Shown here piece after piece: positions 63,601-64,000 of a stretch of DNA of 64,000 bases. The translations under genes and the position numbers were made by a program. How positions within the stretch are numbered: the stretch's first letter is position 1; every line of letters starts with the position of its first letter. This stretch comes from Bilabrum cf. latius. Lineage: Eukaryota. The stretch covers positions 620,001 through 684,000 of the forward strand of contig OZ237738.1 in NCBI GenBank assembly GCA_965178125.1. Reading direction: 5' to 3'. Below the pieces are notes generated by a model. The model saw nothing but the letters and a program-made list of their open reading frames with translations. It was not told where the DNA came from and did not search any database.

Positions 63601-64000
63601 CATCTGGAAAACTTGTTTTGCTGGACAAGCTCTTGCCCAAGCTCAAGGCAGAGGGCAAGAAGGTGCTCATTTTCACCCAGATGGTTCGCGTGCTCGATCT
63701 CCTGCAGGAGTACTGCCACTACCGCAAGTACAACGTGGAGAGGCTTGACGGCAATATCACAGGCAATGCGCGGCAGGCGGCCATCGACCGGTTCCAGACA
63801 CCAGGCAGCGACTCTTTCGTCTTCATCCTAAGTACTCGCGCGGGTGGGGTGGGCGTGACATTGACTGCAGCCGAGATTGTGGTAATCTTCGACAGTGATT
63901 GGAACCCACAGAATGACTCTCAGGCGCAGGCTAGGGCACACCGCATCGGACAGACGAAGGAGGTCAAGGTGTATCGGTTGCTGACCCGTGACACATACGA
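57675..64000 (+). CDS. CHD-family chromatin remodeler (CHD6-9-like): tandem chromodomains plus SNF2 ATPase; truncated by the window end
   Basis: Chromodomains FEYLVKFQGRSYLHCKW and FLVKWMNLPDSYNTWE. ATPase motifs LRSYQVEGLNWL, ILADEMGLGKT, VDEGHRL, LLTGTPLQN, LRKCCNHPYL, LSTRAGG, DSDWNPQND and RAHRIGQ. One frame with 7 TAGs (58002, 58134, 58902, 59538, 59577, 61191, 61914). Confidence 0.95.

Noticed and set aside
1-64000. Cluster of pseudogenes or sequencing errors as the cause of internal stops
   Set aside because: All internal stops are TAG, there are no frameshifts, and catalytic motifs and splice sites are intact across unrelated genes on both strands.
1-64000. Ciliate-type code (TAA and TAG = Gln) or TGA recoding
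   Set aside because: No internal TAA or TGA was seen. TAA ends Vps55 and the WDR27-like gene, and TGA ends the others.
1-64000. Pyrrolysine, programmed readthrough or tiny introns removing each TAG
   Set aside because: There are up to ~29 TAGs per gene, including adjacent ones, with no shared downstream context or flanking splice signals. Pyrrolysine is not known in eukaryotes.
1-64000. Suppressor tRNA (CUA anticodon), eRF1, rRNA or other RNA genes
   Set aside because: None recognised by eye in this window. A tRNAscan-SE run on the genome is needed.

Overview
Gene-dense, GC-rich eukaryotic nuclear DNA with short GT-AG spliceosomal introns. It is probably a protist; a stramenopile/bicosoecid-like origin is my inference from style only. 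The supplied ORF track is fragmented because the genome does not use the standard code. About 14 genes, many clearly intact and conserved (TPP2, class II HDAC, Vps55, DENN, WDR27-like, metallo-beta-lactamase fold, Clu-TPR, CHD remodeler), stay in one frame across roughly 100 in-frame TAG codons (manual count). I found no internal TAA or TGA in the exons, and every complete gene ends in TGA or TAA. TAG often sits inside or next to CAG/CAA runs, so the best reading is UAG = glutamine with UAA and UGA as stops, a rare split of the UAR pair. Other features: a 4-exon small gene missed by the ORF track, a PUL-Clu-TPR protein with a young 126-bp repeat array, an HTH-like insert in the CHD protein, and two local duplications.
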